The notes under the pieces were generated by a model that worked only from the letters and a program-made list of their open reading frames with translations, was not told the DNA's origin and searched no databases. Positions 35,986-45,932 of a stretch of DNA of 64,000 nt are shown here, piece by piece. Numbering within the stretch: position 1 is the stretch's first letter; every line of letters begins with the position of its first letter. The translations under genes and the position numbers were made by a program. The stretch comes from an uncultured Eubacteriales bacterium (lineage in GTDB: Bacteria; Bacillota_I; Bacilli_A; RFN20; UBA1709): the NCBI GenBank assembly GCA_964367815.1, contig CAYIYR010000002.1, positions 13,903 through 77,902 of the forward strand, given 5' to 3'.

Positions 35986-36873
35986 ATGAGTTTTAAAAGA
36001 ATTACAATCGAAGATTTAGGGTTGATTAAGAGTTATATTGACAATCAAGAGTATCGGTCATGTGATTATACCTTAGGTGGTGTCTTTATGTGGGTCGATT
36101 ATTTCAATTATCAATATGATATTATTGATGGTTTCTTAGTGATTAAGGGTAAATATCCTGAAAATGAGGAAGAATCATACGCTTTCCCACTAGGAAAAGG
36201 CGATATCAACAAAGTATTGGAAGAATTAGATAAGAAAGCAACAAAGCCTTTAGCCTTTGCTTCCGTTCCTGAAGAAGCAATAGGCATTCTTCAAGATTAC
36301 TTTAAAGAAAGAGTGGAGATTATTGATACTCCACAGTGGGCTGACTATCTGTACAATTATGCTGATTTGGCGACATTAAACGGAAAAGCAAATAGTAAGC
36401 ATCGAAATCATGTTAATAAGTTTATGCGGACTTATCCTGATTATCAATTTGATTGGATAAGTGAGGCTGACTTGCCAGAAGTAAATGAATTTCTAAAGGA
36501 ATATCATAAGGTTGGCAGCGAATCAGTTATCAGCAAATATGAGATACTAGCGGATATCAATGCTATCAATATGTTTAAGACCTTGAATCAAAAAGCCGCT
36601 TGTATTCGTATAGGTGGAAAAATGGTGGCTATAACTATGGGTGAGGTAGTTGGCGATACGCTTTATATCCATATAGAGAAAGCTTTTCGAGAGTATGAAG
36701 GTAGCTATGCAACTATCAACAAAGATTTTGCTTCCCATATGATGTCACCACAAATAAAGTACATCAATCGTGAAGATGATGCCGGTGATGAAGGGCTTAG
36801 AATTGCTAAGATGAACTATCATCCTGTTAAACTACTTAAAAAGTATTTAGCAGTCATTAAAAATAGTATATAA
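35986..36873 (+). CDS. DUF2156-like protein (lysyl-phosphatidylglycerol synthase C-terminal / GNAT-like fold)
   Basis: 295 aa. The family assignment is made from memory of the sequence pattern and needs an HMM search. Confidence 0.4.
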   Translation: MSFKRITIEDLGLIKSYIDNQEYRSCDYTLGGVFMWVDYFNYQYDIIDGFLVIKGKYPENEEESYAFPLGKGDINKVLEELDKKATKPLAFASVPEEAIGILQDYFKERVEIIDTPQWADYLYNYADLATLNGKANSKHRNHVNKFMRTYPDYQFDWISEADLPEVNEFLKEYHKVGSESVISKYEILADINAINMFKTLNQKAACIRIGGKMVAITMGEVVGDTLYIHIEKAFREYEGSYATINKDFASHMMSPQIKYINREDDAGDEGLRIAKMNYHPVKLLKKYLAVIKNSI

Positions 36874-36895
36874 TAGAATGGTTGGAGGGCTTGAT

Positions 36896-37975
36896 ATGGA
36901 CGAGAAAATGAGAGAAAGATTGGACACTATACTGCAAAGATGCACTTATCTAGAAAAGATGATGGAGCTTCCTTCAGTGGTTAGTGATTTCCAAAGATAT
37001 AAGTTATATGCGAAAGAGCATAGTAATCTCGAAGAGATTGCTAATATCTACAAAGAGTTTAAAGAAGCAGAAGCCACAGTTGAAGATGGTTTAGTTTTAG
37101 TTCACGATACTGATCCTGAAGTCTCTCAACTTGCAAAAGAAGAAATTGCCCAAGGTCAAGCTAAACAAGAAGAACTAACAGAGAAGATTAAAGTTATGTT
37201 ATTGCCAAAGGATCCTAATGATGAGAAAAATATTATTATGGAAATCAGAGGAGCTGCTGGTGGCGATGAAGGAAATATTTTTGCTGGCGATTTATTAAGA
37301 ATGTACACTAAGTTTTGTGACTATCGTGGCTGGCATTACGAAATGGTTGATTCTAATGAATGTGCAGCGGGAGGCTTTTCCTTTGTTTCAATATTGATTA
37401 GAGGCAAGAGAGTTTATTCAGAATTAAAATATGAATCTGGCGCTCATCGTGTTCAAAGAGTTCCCAAGACTGAGGCATCGGGAAGAATTCATACTTCTAC
37501 AGCGACCGTTTTAATTATGCCTGAAGCTGATGAAGTGGATGTTCAAATTAATCCTGGTGATATCCAAATAGATACTTATAGAGCTAGCGGTGCTGGTGGT
37601 CAGCATATTAATAAAACAGACTCAGCGGTAAGATTAACCCATATTCCAACTGGTATTGTTGTTACCTGCCAAGATGGAAGATCTCAAATTGAAAACAGAG
37701 AGAAAGCCATGGCAGTCTTGCGGACTAGAATCTATGATCATATGCGTGAAGAAAGTGAAATGCAAAGAGGAGCCGAGCGTCGTTCTAAAATAGGAACAGG
37801 CGATCGTAGCGAGAAAATTAGAACCTACAACTATCCACAAAATAGAGTTACCGATCATCGTATTGGCTTTACTATTCAGCAACTGGATCGGGTAATGGAA
37901 GGAAATCTATCGGATATCGTATCAGCACTAATAAACGAAGACCAACGGCGAAAACTAATGGGGAGCGGATTATAG
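36896..37975 (+). CDS. prfA: Peptide chain release factor 1
   Basis: PxT-type RF1 and a GGQ motif (GAGGQHINKT). Confidence 0.95.
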   Translation: MDEKMRERLDTILQRCTYLEKMMELPSVVSDFQRYKLYAKEHSNLEEIANIYKEFKEAEATVEDGLVLVHDTDPEVSQLAKEEIAQGQAKQEELTEKIKVMLLPKDPNDEKNIIMEIRGAAGGDEGNIFAGDLLRMYTKFCDYRGWHYEMVDSNECAAGGFSFVSILIRGKRVYSELKYESGAHRVQRVPKTEASGRIHTSTATVLIMPEADEVDVQINPGDIQIDTYRASGAGGQHINKTDSAVRLTHIPTGIVVTCQDGRSQIENREKAMAVLRTRIYDHMREESEMQRGAERRSKIGTGDRSEKIRTYNYPQNRVTDHRIGFTIQQLDRVMEGNLSDIVSALINEDQRRKLMGSGL

Positions 37976-37976
37976 A

Positions 37977-38810
37977 ATGGAAGAAAAGTACCTAAATTAT
38001 CAAAGAAAACTTGAAAACATTTTTGCTGAAAAGGGATTGGAGACAATGGCGGCAAGAATAATTATTGCTTCCGTTTTAGGCTGCAGAGTTGCTGAGATTA
38101 TTCAGCATGGTGATGAGCTAATAACCAATGAAGCGATGGAAAAAATCAATGCTTATGTTGAGGAATATATGGCTGGCAGACCAGTTCAATATGTTGTCAA
38201 CACAGCATATTTCTTTAACCTTGAACTTTATGTTGATGAATCAGTTCTTATTCCTCGGCCAGAAACTGAGGAGTTAGTGGAATGGGTATTAGGTGAATAT
38301 ACTGATGAACCGATAAATGTTGTTGATGCTGGCTGTGGAAGTGGATGCATCGGATTAGCAATCAAAGCAAATCGTCCATTATGGAATGTTTATGGAACGG
38401 ATATTTCCCAATCAGCTTTAATTGTGTCAGCAGCAAATGCTGAATCATTAGGACTACTAGTAGAATACAATAAAGGCAACTTCTTAGCGCCATTAATTGA
38501 TAAGGGCATTCATATTGATGTGGTTATTGCCAATCCACCTTATATTGCGCCAGATGATCCTGATGTATCGCAAACAGTTAAGAATTATGAACCTTCTATA
38601 GCGTTGTTTACGCATGATAAAGAAGGTCTCGAATATTATAAAGTTCTTTTGAACCAACTCGCTACTTTGAACTTTAGAGCCGCCTATTTCGAATTTGGTT
38701 ATACACAAAAAGAAGCTCTTGCAGAGTTGATTGAATCGTATGATTTTAAAGCGGTATTTAAACAAGATTTATCCAATCATGATCGGATGGTAAAAATAAC
38801 TAAAGTATAA
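37977..38810 (+). CDS. prmC: Release-factor glutamine N5-methyltransferase
   Basis: NPPY motif, the SAM-binding VVDAGCGSG, and coupling to prfA. Confidence 0.9.
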   Translation: MEEKYLNYQRKLENIFAEKGLETMAARIIIASVLGCRVAEIIQHGDELITNEAMEKINAYVEEYMAGRPVQYVVNTAYFFNLELYVDESVLIPRPETEELVEWVLGEYTDEPINVVDAGCGSGCIGLAIKANRPLWNVYGTDISQSALIVSAANAESLGLLVEYNKGNFLAPLIDKGIHIDVVIANPPYIAPDDPDVSQTVKNYEPSIALFTHDKEGLEYYKVLLNQLATLNFRAAYFEFGYTQKEALAELIESYDFKAVFKQDLSNHDRMVKITKV

Positions 38811-38854
38811 AATTGGAAATGTTTCCCATAATTAGGATGGGAGATGAAAAAATG

Positions 38855-39250
38855 ATCAAGAAATTATTTATGGGAGCGTTATTAACCTTATCAACTCTTT
38901 TTACAGGGTCAAGTGAGTGCGTTCCTTTTTCTTTTGAGTATCGAGTCGTAGCTTCAGATAATACAGCAAGTGAGTTAGTACATTTGTATGAAGTGAAAGA
39001 ATATATGCTAATAGAGTATGACAATTTGATTATGGATATCGAAAATGATGAAATATCACAGGTCATTTATGAGAACTATAGCAAAATGTGTAATTCAAGT
39101 GATGCTCAAATAAACTATGTTGATGGAGTCATTGAAATAATCATTGGCGAAGGCAAAGGAATTAGTCTAAAAGGCAAGTTTAAAAGTAGTTATTGTGATA
39201 GTCGTACTATCAATGGAAGATACTACTTTATTGAGGAAATACTACGGTAA
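38855..39250 (+). CDS. Hypothetical secreted protein with a signal peptide
   Basis: MIKKLFMGALLTLSTLF signal sequence. SD GGGAGATG. No recognisable family. Confidence 0.45.
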   Translation: MKKLFMGALLTLSTLFTGSSECVPFSFEYRVVASDNTASELVHLYEVKEYMLIEYDNLIMDIENDEISQVIYENYSKMCNSSDAQINYVDGVIEIIIGEGKGISLKGKFKSSYCDSRTINGRYYFIEEILR

Positions 39251-39312
39251 AAAATCTTTACAAATCCTCTCATAATTGTTATCATAAAAAAGGCAAAAAG
39301 GAAGTAACGTAA

Positions 39313-40047
39313 ATGGCACAAGAAAAGAAGTTTCAATATTCATTAGCAACACGGGCTTTTCGAGTTGTAATGAAACTTTTCTACAAGAAACCAAAAATAA
39401 TTTGCCTGTGTGATACATTAGAAAATCAAGCCATTTATATTTCCAATCATAGTTCAACGAGTGGTCCTATCGGTTATGTTATTCGTTTCCCAAAGATCTT
39501 CCAACCCTGGGGAACTTATGAAATGAATGGAACTCGAAAAGAAAGATGGAATTATATGTACCATATCTTCTATCGACATAAGAAGAAAAAAGGAAAAGTA
39601 TATTCCTTTATAATGGCTTCTATTATTAGCACTCTTTCTAAAATCTTTTATAACGGAGTTCATTTATTGCCGACCTATGGAGATTTAAGAATGGTTTCCA
39701 CCATTAAAAGCAGTATGAAAAGTCTTGATAATAATGTCAGCATCATGATTTTTCCGGAAGATTCAATGAATGGTGGTTATAAAACTATTCTTGAAAAGTA
39801 TCACCCTGGATTTGTTACTCTTGCGACAAGATATGCCGCGACTCGTAATATAGATTTGCCAATTTACACGGTTTATTACTCAAAACAAGTTAACACTATT
39901 GTTATTGATAAACCAGAAACAATCAAGCAGTATACAGATCAAAACATGACTAAAGAAGAGATTGCTGAATTGTTTTTGAAGAAGACAAATGACCTGTATT
40001 TCCGCTACATTTTACCACTCATTGCGAAAGGAAAAGTGCAGGAATAA
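39313..40047 (+). CDS. Putative lysophospholipid acyltransferase (PlsC-like, divergent)
   Basis: NHSSTSG (the HX4D position lacks the Asp) and an IFPEDS block. Confidence 0.35.
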   Translation: MAQEKKFQYSLATRAFRVVMKLFYKKPKIICLCDTLENQAIYISNHSSTSGPIGYVIRFPKIFQPWGTYEMNGTRKERWNYMYHIFYRHKKKKGKVYSFIMASIISTLSKIFYNGVHLLPTYGDLRMVSTIKSSMKSLDNNVSIMIFPEDSMNGGYKTILEKYHPGFVTLATRYAATRNIDLPIYTVYYSKQVNTIVIDKPETIKQYTDQNMTKEEIAELFLKKTNDLYFRYILPLIAKGKVQE

Positions 40048-40054
40048 AAGATAG

Positions 40055-40091
40055 ACTCAATCTGAATAATTATCGGATTGAGTTTTTTTAT
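40055..40091 (+). terminator. Rho-independent terminator
   Basis: ACTCAATC-...-GATTGAGT followed by TTTTTTT. Confidence 0.75.
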
Positions 40092-40155
40092 AAAAAAAGT
40101 ATTCACGGAATTTTGACTTGTCCATGAATACTTTATTCGATTAATTATAATTAAT

Positions 40156-41814
40156 TTAAACGTCTTGGAAACAACTATCACCAATGAATTCTCTTAACAG
40201 AGAGTTGCACGGTACTAACTTATCATCAATATCTTCATAATACTTAATAAACTTAATTAGATTATTTGCTGCTATGTAATGTGGACTAGTGTCGGGTATT
40301 CTTCTTAGTAAAGGTAATGCATGCTTCTTAAGAACACAAACCTCATATACTAAATCCGAGTTAAAGACAAAATCGACTCCTTCTTGGTTATCATAAATCC
40401 AGCGAAATTCACCGTTTCTTACTGAATCCCAGACATCCAAAGTTCTTTCAGCTTCAAAGCCTCTGAATTTATAGTCTCTAACGATTCTTCTAAGCAGTCT
40501 AATCTGCGTACTACTGATTGGAGAATGATTGTCGACATTGACTTGAACATGGGGAGCAATATAAATCTTAAACTTCTGATTACGGGGAATAGATGGCGTC
40601 AAGGCTTCATTCAAAGCATGAATGCCTTCGATGATTATTGGGCTATTAGGGCCGACTTTCATTTTTTTGCCGGGTCTGCGTGTTCCACTGATAAAATCAA
40701 AACTTGGAATATCTACTTCTTCACCATTAATTAAGGCAAATAAATGCTGATTGAATAGTTCAACATCAATAGTATTGATATGTTCTAAATCATAGCGACC
40801 ATTCTCATCGGGGACTAGTTTATCACGATTGACATAATAGTCATCGATGGACAGTTTTACTGGCGTTATTCCTCTAGTCATTAATTGGATACGCAGACGA
40901 TTTGAGAAAGTAGTTTTGCCACTGGATGATGGCCCAGCGATAGCGATAATCTTGATGTTATCAATATTTTCATAGATCTGTTGAGCCAAAAGACTTAAAC
41001 GATCATTATGACGAGCTTCACAGACATTAACAAAATCAACCATGGAAGCATTTCCGGCATCGATATGAGCATTTATTTCCGCAACACTCTCCGCGCCAAC
41101 AACCTTTGCCCACATATTAGCTCTTTTTAAAGTCTCACCATATGTAGGTTCATCTTCAAATGTAGGAATCTCACCATTAAACTCTGAACGAGGATAACGA
41201 AGAAGAATACCTGGTGAATAGAGTTTCAAGGCAAACTTGGACAAATAACCTGTTGAAGGAACCATGTAACTATAGACATAGTTCAAATACTCGGCGCATT
41301 GATATAAGTGAACAGTTTTCTCCGGACGATACTTGAGGATCTCTATTTTATCATCTAAGTGATATTGTTCATATATTGCGGCTGCTTCACTATTGGATAC
41401 AACACGACGACTTATATCTAAATCCATATTGATTAAACGATGCATCTCAGTTTCAATTTCTTTCAACATATCCAGATTAAAACGTCTATTTGGCGTCAAG
41501 ATATGGCAGAAAAGGGAACGCGAAATATGATAAGAGAATTTAATATCTAATTCGGGATATAAGCGTGATACGACCATCGCAAATAAATAGCGAAGAGAAG
41601 CATTGTAAATTTTGACCGCTTCTTCATCATCAAGACGTAAGAATTTTACGGTCGCATCATAATATATTTCGAAAGTTAATTCTCTGATACGATTATTAAC
41701 CGTACAAGCGATAATTGAATAGTCTTTTTCGGGCATTAAATCTAAAACTTTAACTTTTTTTTGAAAGGAAAGCTTTTTATCACCCAGTGTGATAGTAAAC
41801 ATTGTATTCCTCAT
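40156..41814 (-). CDS. Uridine/cytidine kinase-family nucleoside kinase with a long (about 280 aa) N-terminal extension, possibly a TGS/ThrRS-like domain.
   Basis: IAIAGPSSSGKTTFSNRL P-loop and a PRK-family core in the C-terminal half. Confidence 0.65.
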   Translation of the reverse strand: MRNTMFTITLGDKKLSFQKKVKVLDLMPEKDYSIIACTVNNRIRELTFEIYYDATVKFLRLDDEEAVKIYNASLRYLFAMVVSRLYPELDIKFSYHISRSLFCHILTPNRRFNLDMLKEIETEMHRLINMDLDISRRVVSNSEAAAIYEQYHLDDKIEILKYRPEKTVHLYQCAEYLNYVYSYMVPSTGYLSKFALKLYSPGILLRYPRSEFNGEIPTFEDEPTYGETLKRANMWAKVVGAESVAEINAHIDAGNASMVDFVNVCEARHNDRLSLLAQQIYENIDNIKIIAIAGPSSSGKTTFSNRLRIQLMTRGITPVKLSIDDYYVNRDKLVPDENGRYDLEHINTIDVELFNQHLFALINGEEVDIPSFDFISGTRRPGKKMKVGPNSPIIIEGIHALNEALTPSIPRNQKFKIYIAPHVQVNVDNHSPISSTQIRLLRRIVRDYKFRGFEAERTLDVWDSVRNGEFRWIYDNQEGVDFVFNSDLVYEVCVLKKHALPLLRRIPDTSPHYIAANNLIKFIKYYEDIDDKLVPCNSLLREFIGDSCFQDV

Positions 41815-41956
41815 TTCTGATAGTGGTCTTTTATGTATGCATATTTTATATTATACACTCCAAAATAGCAAACAATTATTTATTTCACACATTTTTTTAG
41901 AATAAGTTGTCTTTAGGTTTTCTAATCGTTATAATTGACCAAGAAGGAGTGATGAC

Positions 41957-42592
41957 ATGAAATACGATTACATCATTTGGGATTTTAATGGAACTATTAT
42001 TGATGATGCCCAGTTATGCTTAGACATCTTAAACTTCATGTTGATGGAGCGTCATCTTCCAACTGTTACCATGAAAGAATATCGCGAAATATTTGGCTTT
42101 CCGGTAATAGATTACTATCGTAAAGTTGGCTTTGATTTTGATAAGGAGCCATTTGCAGTTACGGCGATTGAATTTATCGAGTTATATCAATCTCGTAGTT
42201 TCAACTGTCCATTAGTCAAGAATAGTTTAATTGCCATCAAAAAATTGAAAGAACTTGGTTATCATTTGATTCTCCTTTCCGCTTCGAAGAAGGAAAATCT
42301 TTTGGAACAAATGAATCACTTTGACTTAGTCCAATACTTTGATGAGATTCTAGGCTTAGGTGATATTCATGCGACCAGCAAAGAAGCGATTGCCACGGAA
42401 TGGATTAATAGTTTAGAAATAAAGAATCCAAAGCTATTAATGATTGGTGATTCTCTGCATGACGCCGAAGTTGCTGAACAAATAGGTGCTCAATGTGTCC
42501 TTGTTGCTAGGGGACATCAAAGTAAAAGAAGACTACTAGAGTCTTCAGCTACGGTATTCGATAATGTTAGCGAAATATTTAAACTAGTTTAG
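41957..42592 (+). CDS. HAD-family hydrolase (subfamily IA)
   Basis: DFNGT motif I, the SAS motif II region and GDSLHD motif IV. Confidence 0.8.
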   Translation: MKYDYIIWDFNGTIIDDAQLCLDILNFMLMERHLPTVTMKEYREIFGFPVIDYYRKVGFDFDKEPFAVTAIEFIELYQSRSFNCPLVKNSLIAIKKLKELGYHLILLSASKKENLLEQMNHFDLVQYFDEILGLGDIHATSKEAIATEWINSLEIKNPKLLMIGDSLHDAEVAEQIGAQCVLVARGHQSKRRLLESSATVFDNVSEIFKLV

Positions 42593-42595
42593 GAA

Positions 42596-43618
42596 CTATT
42601 TGAGATAAGTCTCAATGGTTCCTTTTTTGTTAGTTAAATCGATTTTGACATAACTACCAGTAATCAAGGTATTGATTGGGGGAAGATGACCGATATCAGC
42701 ATCATAAATAATGGGGAAGTCATCATCGGCAAAAGCTTCTTTAAGAATATCTTCATATGTTAATCCAAAGGCTGATTCTCTATTATATGGCCGACCAATA
42801 ATTATGCCCTTACAATATTTGAACCATCCACATTGGTGCAGGAACCAATATGACCTTAATTGGCTGATAATATTTAAATCACAAGATTCGAAAAACCAAA
42901 CAAAACCATCATTCTTGTATTTCTCAAGAAAGTTTTTGACATTGTCAAAGGGAGTTCCAGGGAAAGAACACATAATATCTAAACAGCCGCCAATTAAGCG
43001 CCCTTCCATTTTGACATCATCACTACCGCGAAGATTCTTCCAACATGTTGGAACAATGTCATTCAGCGTGCATAGTTCTTGTCCTGGCGTGTGTTTTGGA
43101 TCATCTAATTGATAGAAATCATAGTTGTGTTGAAGCAAGCTTGTCCCGGTTATGATATTATAGCAATCACTTAATGATTGGTGCCACACAGTGCTTCCAA
43201 ACTCGGGAAGATTGTAGCCATAAATTGCCGCAACATCACAAATTGTAGGCAAAGCAAAAGCCAACCAAGAATTATCTGAGAAACCCATAAACCATTTAGG
43301 TGTCGATCTTTTGATTTTCTCAAAATTATAGTAAGGCATAGTTTCATTCATAACCTCACCACCGCCAACGGAGAAAATGAAATGAACATTATCATCAAAA
43401 TAGAGATCTTCAAATTCTTTGACTCTTTGCTGTGCTGAGGCACTACGTATATGGTCCAAAGAATAAACACTTTGAGATAATTTTAAACTATAGCCTTTGG
43501 CTTCAAACTTTTTGATAGCATTATTCAGCCTAGCACGATAAGGATTCTCACTGCAGCCAAATGATGGTGCACAAGCACCAATGGTTTGATTTTTACCTAA
43601 AAATTTTGGATATCTCAT
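42596..43618 (-). CDS. LD-carboxypeptidase (peptidase S66)
   Basis: About 340 aa with a GFSDNSWL nucleophile-elbow-like block. Family-typical length. Confidence 0.65.
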   Translation of the reverse strand: MRYPKFLGKNQTIGACAPSFGCSENPYRARLNNAIKKFEAKGYSLKLSQSVYSLDHIRSASAQQRVKEFEDLYFDDNVHFIFSVGGGEVMNETMPYYNFEKIKRSTPKWFMGFSDNSWLAFALPTICDVAAIYGYNLPEFGSTVWHQSLSDCYNIITGTSLLQHNYDFYQLDDPKHTPGQELCTLNDIVPTCWKNLRGSDDVKMEGRLIGGCLDIMCSFPGTPFDNVKNFLEKYKNDGFVWFFESCDLNIISQLRSYWFLHQCGWFKYCKGIIIGRPYNRESAFGLTYEDILKEAFADDDFPIIYDADIGHLPPINTLITGSYVKIDLTNKKGTIETYLK

Positions 43619-43752
43619 AAATAATGCCTTCTTTCTTCCTCTATAGAATATCTTATCTTGGATTTTTTGTCGACATTACATTCTTTATATAATAGCAAAA
43701 ATGCTTTCAATGGGCATAAAAAAAGTGATATGCAATATCACTGATTTGTTAA

Positions 43753-43828
43753 TGGTGGGAGCTGAGGGGATCGAACCCACGACCTTCTGTACGTCAAACA
43801 GATGCTCTCCCAACTGAGCTAAACTCCC
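43753..43828 (-). tRNA. tRNA-Val (anticodon GAC)
   Basis: The reverse complement folds as acceptor GGGAGTT/AGCTCCC, D-arm GCTC/GAGC, anticodon stem TCTGT/ACAGA with loop TTGACGT, and a 3' CCA. Confidence 0.8.
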
Positions 43829-43846
43829 ACGTGTTGAGAAAAATAA

Positions 43847-43922
43847 TGGTGCCGGCTACCGGAGTTGAACCAGTGACCCACTGATTACGATTCAGTAGCT
43901 CTACCAACTGAGCTAAGCCGGC
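43847..43922 (-). tRNA. tRNA-Thr (anticodon CGU)
   Basis: The reverse complement folds as acceptor GCCGGCT/AGCCGGC, anticodon stem ACTGA/TCAGT with loop ATCGTAA, T-arm ACTGG/CCGGT and a 3' CCA. Confidence 0.85.
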
Positions 43923-44145
43923 GGCTTAAAGCATAGATATTGTATATAATTTTAAAGAAAAATGCAAGAACTTTTTCGCTCATATTGGTCTATATGTCGA
44001 AAAGTTAGCGAAAACATTGAAAAAAAGATTAAGTTTTTTTGTAATAAAACTTTTATTTTACTATTTTATTTGGTAAACTATAGGTTACTAATGATTATAT
44101 AAAGACTTATGTCTTTTTGATAGATATTGTAAGGAAGGTGAAGTT

Positions 44146-44913
44146 ATGTATTTGAGTTTTTTCCAGGATTTAGTTACCAAGATTGGATCTTGGTCGCCAT
44201 ATGTTGACTTAATAGCTAGTTTTGTTGTCGCGGTTCTGCTAGGGGTAGTTATCACCAAAGTATCTAAACGTCCCTTCTTTGTAGTGACCTTTGTCATTTT
44301 ATATTTATTGATCATTATTGGCCAATATTTGGAATTGAAGATCTTTACTGATGTTGTCTTAGTCCTTATGTTCGGAATCATCTGTGGTTTCTTTGTCATC
44401 CACTCAAAAGAGTTTGTGGGAATGTTTGCTAAAAAGAAAAAGAAACGTTATTTTGAAACCTTTGATGGCGAAGCGAAAACAAAATTTGGCGATATTATCG
44501 AAAATGCTGTTCTCACTCTATCCGCAACAAAGACAGGCGCCATTATTACTTTTGAAAAGAATGAGAATCTTGATGAATATATTGCAAGGGGTGAAGTGGT
44601 TGATGCTCCAGTAACTAGTGAGTTATTAAGAACTATCTTCTATCCGGGAACTCCATTGCATGATGGAGCGGTTATTATCAGAGGATTTACGATTGAAGCC
44701 GCTTCCGTTTATTACACTCCGACCACCAAACCAATGACTGGTAAGTTCGGAGCTAGACATAGAGCAGCCATCGGATTCAGTGAAGTACATGATGCTGTTA
44801 CGGTCGTCGTTAGTGAAGAAACGGGACGTATTTCCTTCGCTATCGGTGGTGAATTAATTCCAGTCCCCCGGGATGGATTTAGAAAGAGATTCGAAGAATA
44901 CATCGAAAAATAG
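44146..44913 (+). CDS. cdaA: Diadenylate cyclase CdaA (c-di-AMP synthase)
   Basis: Three N-terminal TM helices. The DAC domain contains TPLHDGAVIIRG, GARHRAAIG and VVVSEETGRIS. Confidence 0.9.
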   Translation: MYLSFFQDLVTKIGSWSPYVDLIASFVVAVLLGVVITKVSKRPFFVVTFVILYLLIIIGQYLELKIFTDVVLVLMFGIICGFFVIHSKEFVGMFAKKKKKRYFETFDGEAKTKFGDIIENAVLTLSATKTGAIITFEKNENLDEYIARGEVVDAPVTSELLRTIFYPGTPLHDGAVIIRGFTIEAASVYYTPTTKPMTGKFGARHRAAIGFSEVHDAVTVVVSEETGRISFAIGGELIPVPRDGFRKRFEEYIEK

Positions 44914-44921
44914 CAAAAGAA

Positions 44922-44953
44922 AACTCCAGAGTTTAGTGCTCTGGAGTTTTTTA
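44922..44953. terminator. Bidirectional terminator between cdaA and the SPFH gene.
   Basis: CTCCAGAG-tttagtg-CTCTGGAG flanked by A and T tracts. Confidence 0.8.
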
Positions 44954-44963
44954 ATAACAATAA

Positions 44964-45929
44964 TTACTTTTTAGTTGTAGGTTTTACTTCAACTGGTTTT
45001 TTCTCTACTGGTTTGACCGGAGTGACTACTTCAGTTAAGGCACTTAAGGTACCAGCAAGATTTTGTAAGTTGGATGGAATGATAATCTTGGTAGATTGAC
45101 CATCAGCAACTTTCTCTAAAGCTTTGAAACCTTCAAGTGTAACATATTCTTGCGAAGGAGCAGCATCATTAATGAACTTAATGGCATCGGCTTGAGCGGA
45201 GAATAATTGTCTCAATGCTTCTGCACGACCTTCAGCTTCGGTAATAGTAGATTGTCTACTAGCTTCAGCTTTTAAGATCATTGATTCTTTTAAACCTTCA
45301 GCGGTTAGAATAGCAGCTTTCTTTTCACCTTCAGCACGTAGAATAGATTCACGTCTTTCACGTTCAGCTCTCATTTGTTTTTCCATGGCATCTTGGATAT
45401 CACGTGGTGGGAGAATATTCTTTACTTCAACACGGTTGACTTTAATGCCCCATGGATCGGTAGCTTCATCAAGAATAGCTCTCATTTTATAGTTGATAGT
45501 ATCACGAGAAGTTAAGGTTTCATCAAGTTCGAGTTCACCAATAATATTACGTAAGGTTGTAGCAGTTAAATTCTCAATAGCGTTCATTGGGCGTTCAACT
45601 CCATAGCAATACATCTTTGGATCTGTAACTTGGAAGTAAACAACAGTATCAATTTGCATAGTAACGTTATCTTTAGTGATAACGGGTTGTGGTGGGAAAT
45701 CGGCAACTCTTTCCTTTAAGGAAATCTTTGCTGCTACCCGATCAAAGAAAGGCCATAACCAGACTAGACCACTACCACAGACACGGTCAAATTTACCTAA
45801 GCGCTCGATTACAAGAGTTTCACTTTGACGAACAACACGAACAGAGACTAAACTTAACACGATTAAAACGAAAACAATAATACAGACTGCAATTAACCAA
45901 CCGACACCATTTCCAGCGAAAATTAACAT
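44964..45929 (-). CDS. SPFH/band-7 (stomatin/prohibitin-like) protein
   Basis: An N-terminal TM helix, an SPFH core, and a coiled-coil Glu/Arg/Ala-rich C-terminus. Confidence 0.85.
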   Translation of the reverse strand: MLIFAGNGVGWLIAVCIIVFVLIVLSLVSVRVVRQSETLVIERLGKFDRVCGSGLVWLWPFFDRVAAKISLKERVADFPPQPVITKDNVTMQIDTVVYFQVTDPKMYCYGVERPMNAIENLTATTLRNIIGELELDETLTSRDTINYKMRAILDEATDPWGIKVNRVEVKNILPPRDIQDAMEKQMRAERERRESILRAEGEKKAAILTAEGLKESMILKAEASRQSTITEAEGRAEALRQLFSAQADAIKFINDAAPSQEYVTLEGFKALEKVADGQSTKIIIPSNLQNLAGTLSALTEVVTPVKPVEKKPVEVKPTTKK

Positions 45930-45932
45930 ATT

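Noticed and set aside
43740-44145. Prophage or integrative element next to the tRNA-Val and tRNA-Thr pair.
   Set aside because: There is no integrase, no direct repeat of a tRNA 3' end, and no phage-like genes. The flanks are ldcA and cdaA.
44088-44399. 103-aa minus-strand ORF overlapping the start of cdaA.
   Set aside because: It has biased, Lys/Thr-rich low-complexity sequence and no SD, and it lies entirely opposite a confidently assigned gene. It is spurious.
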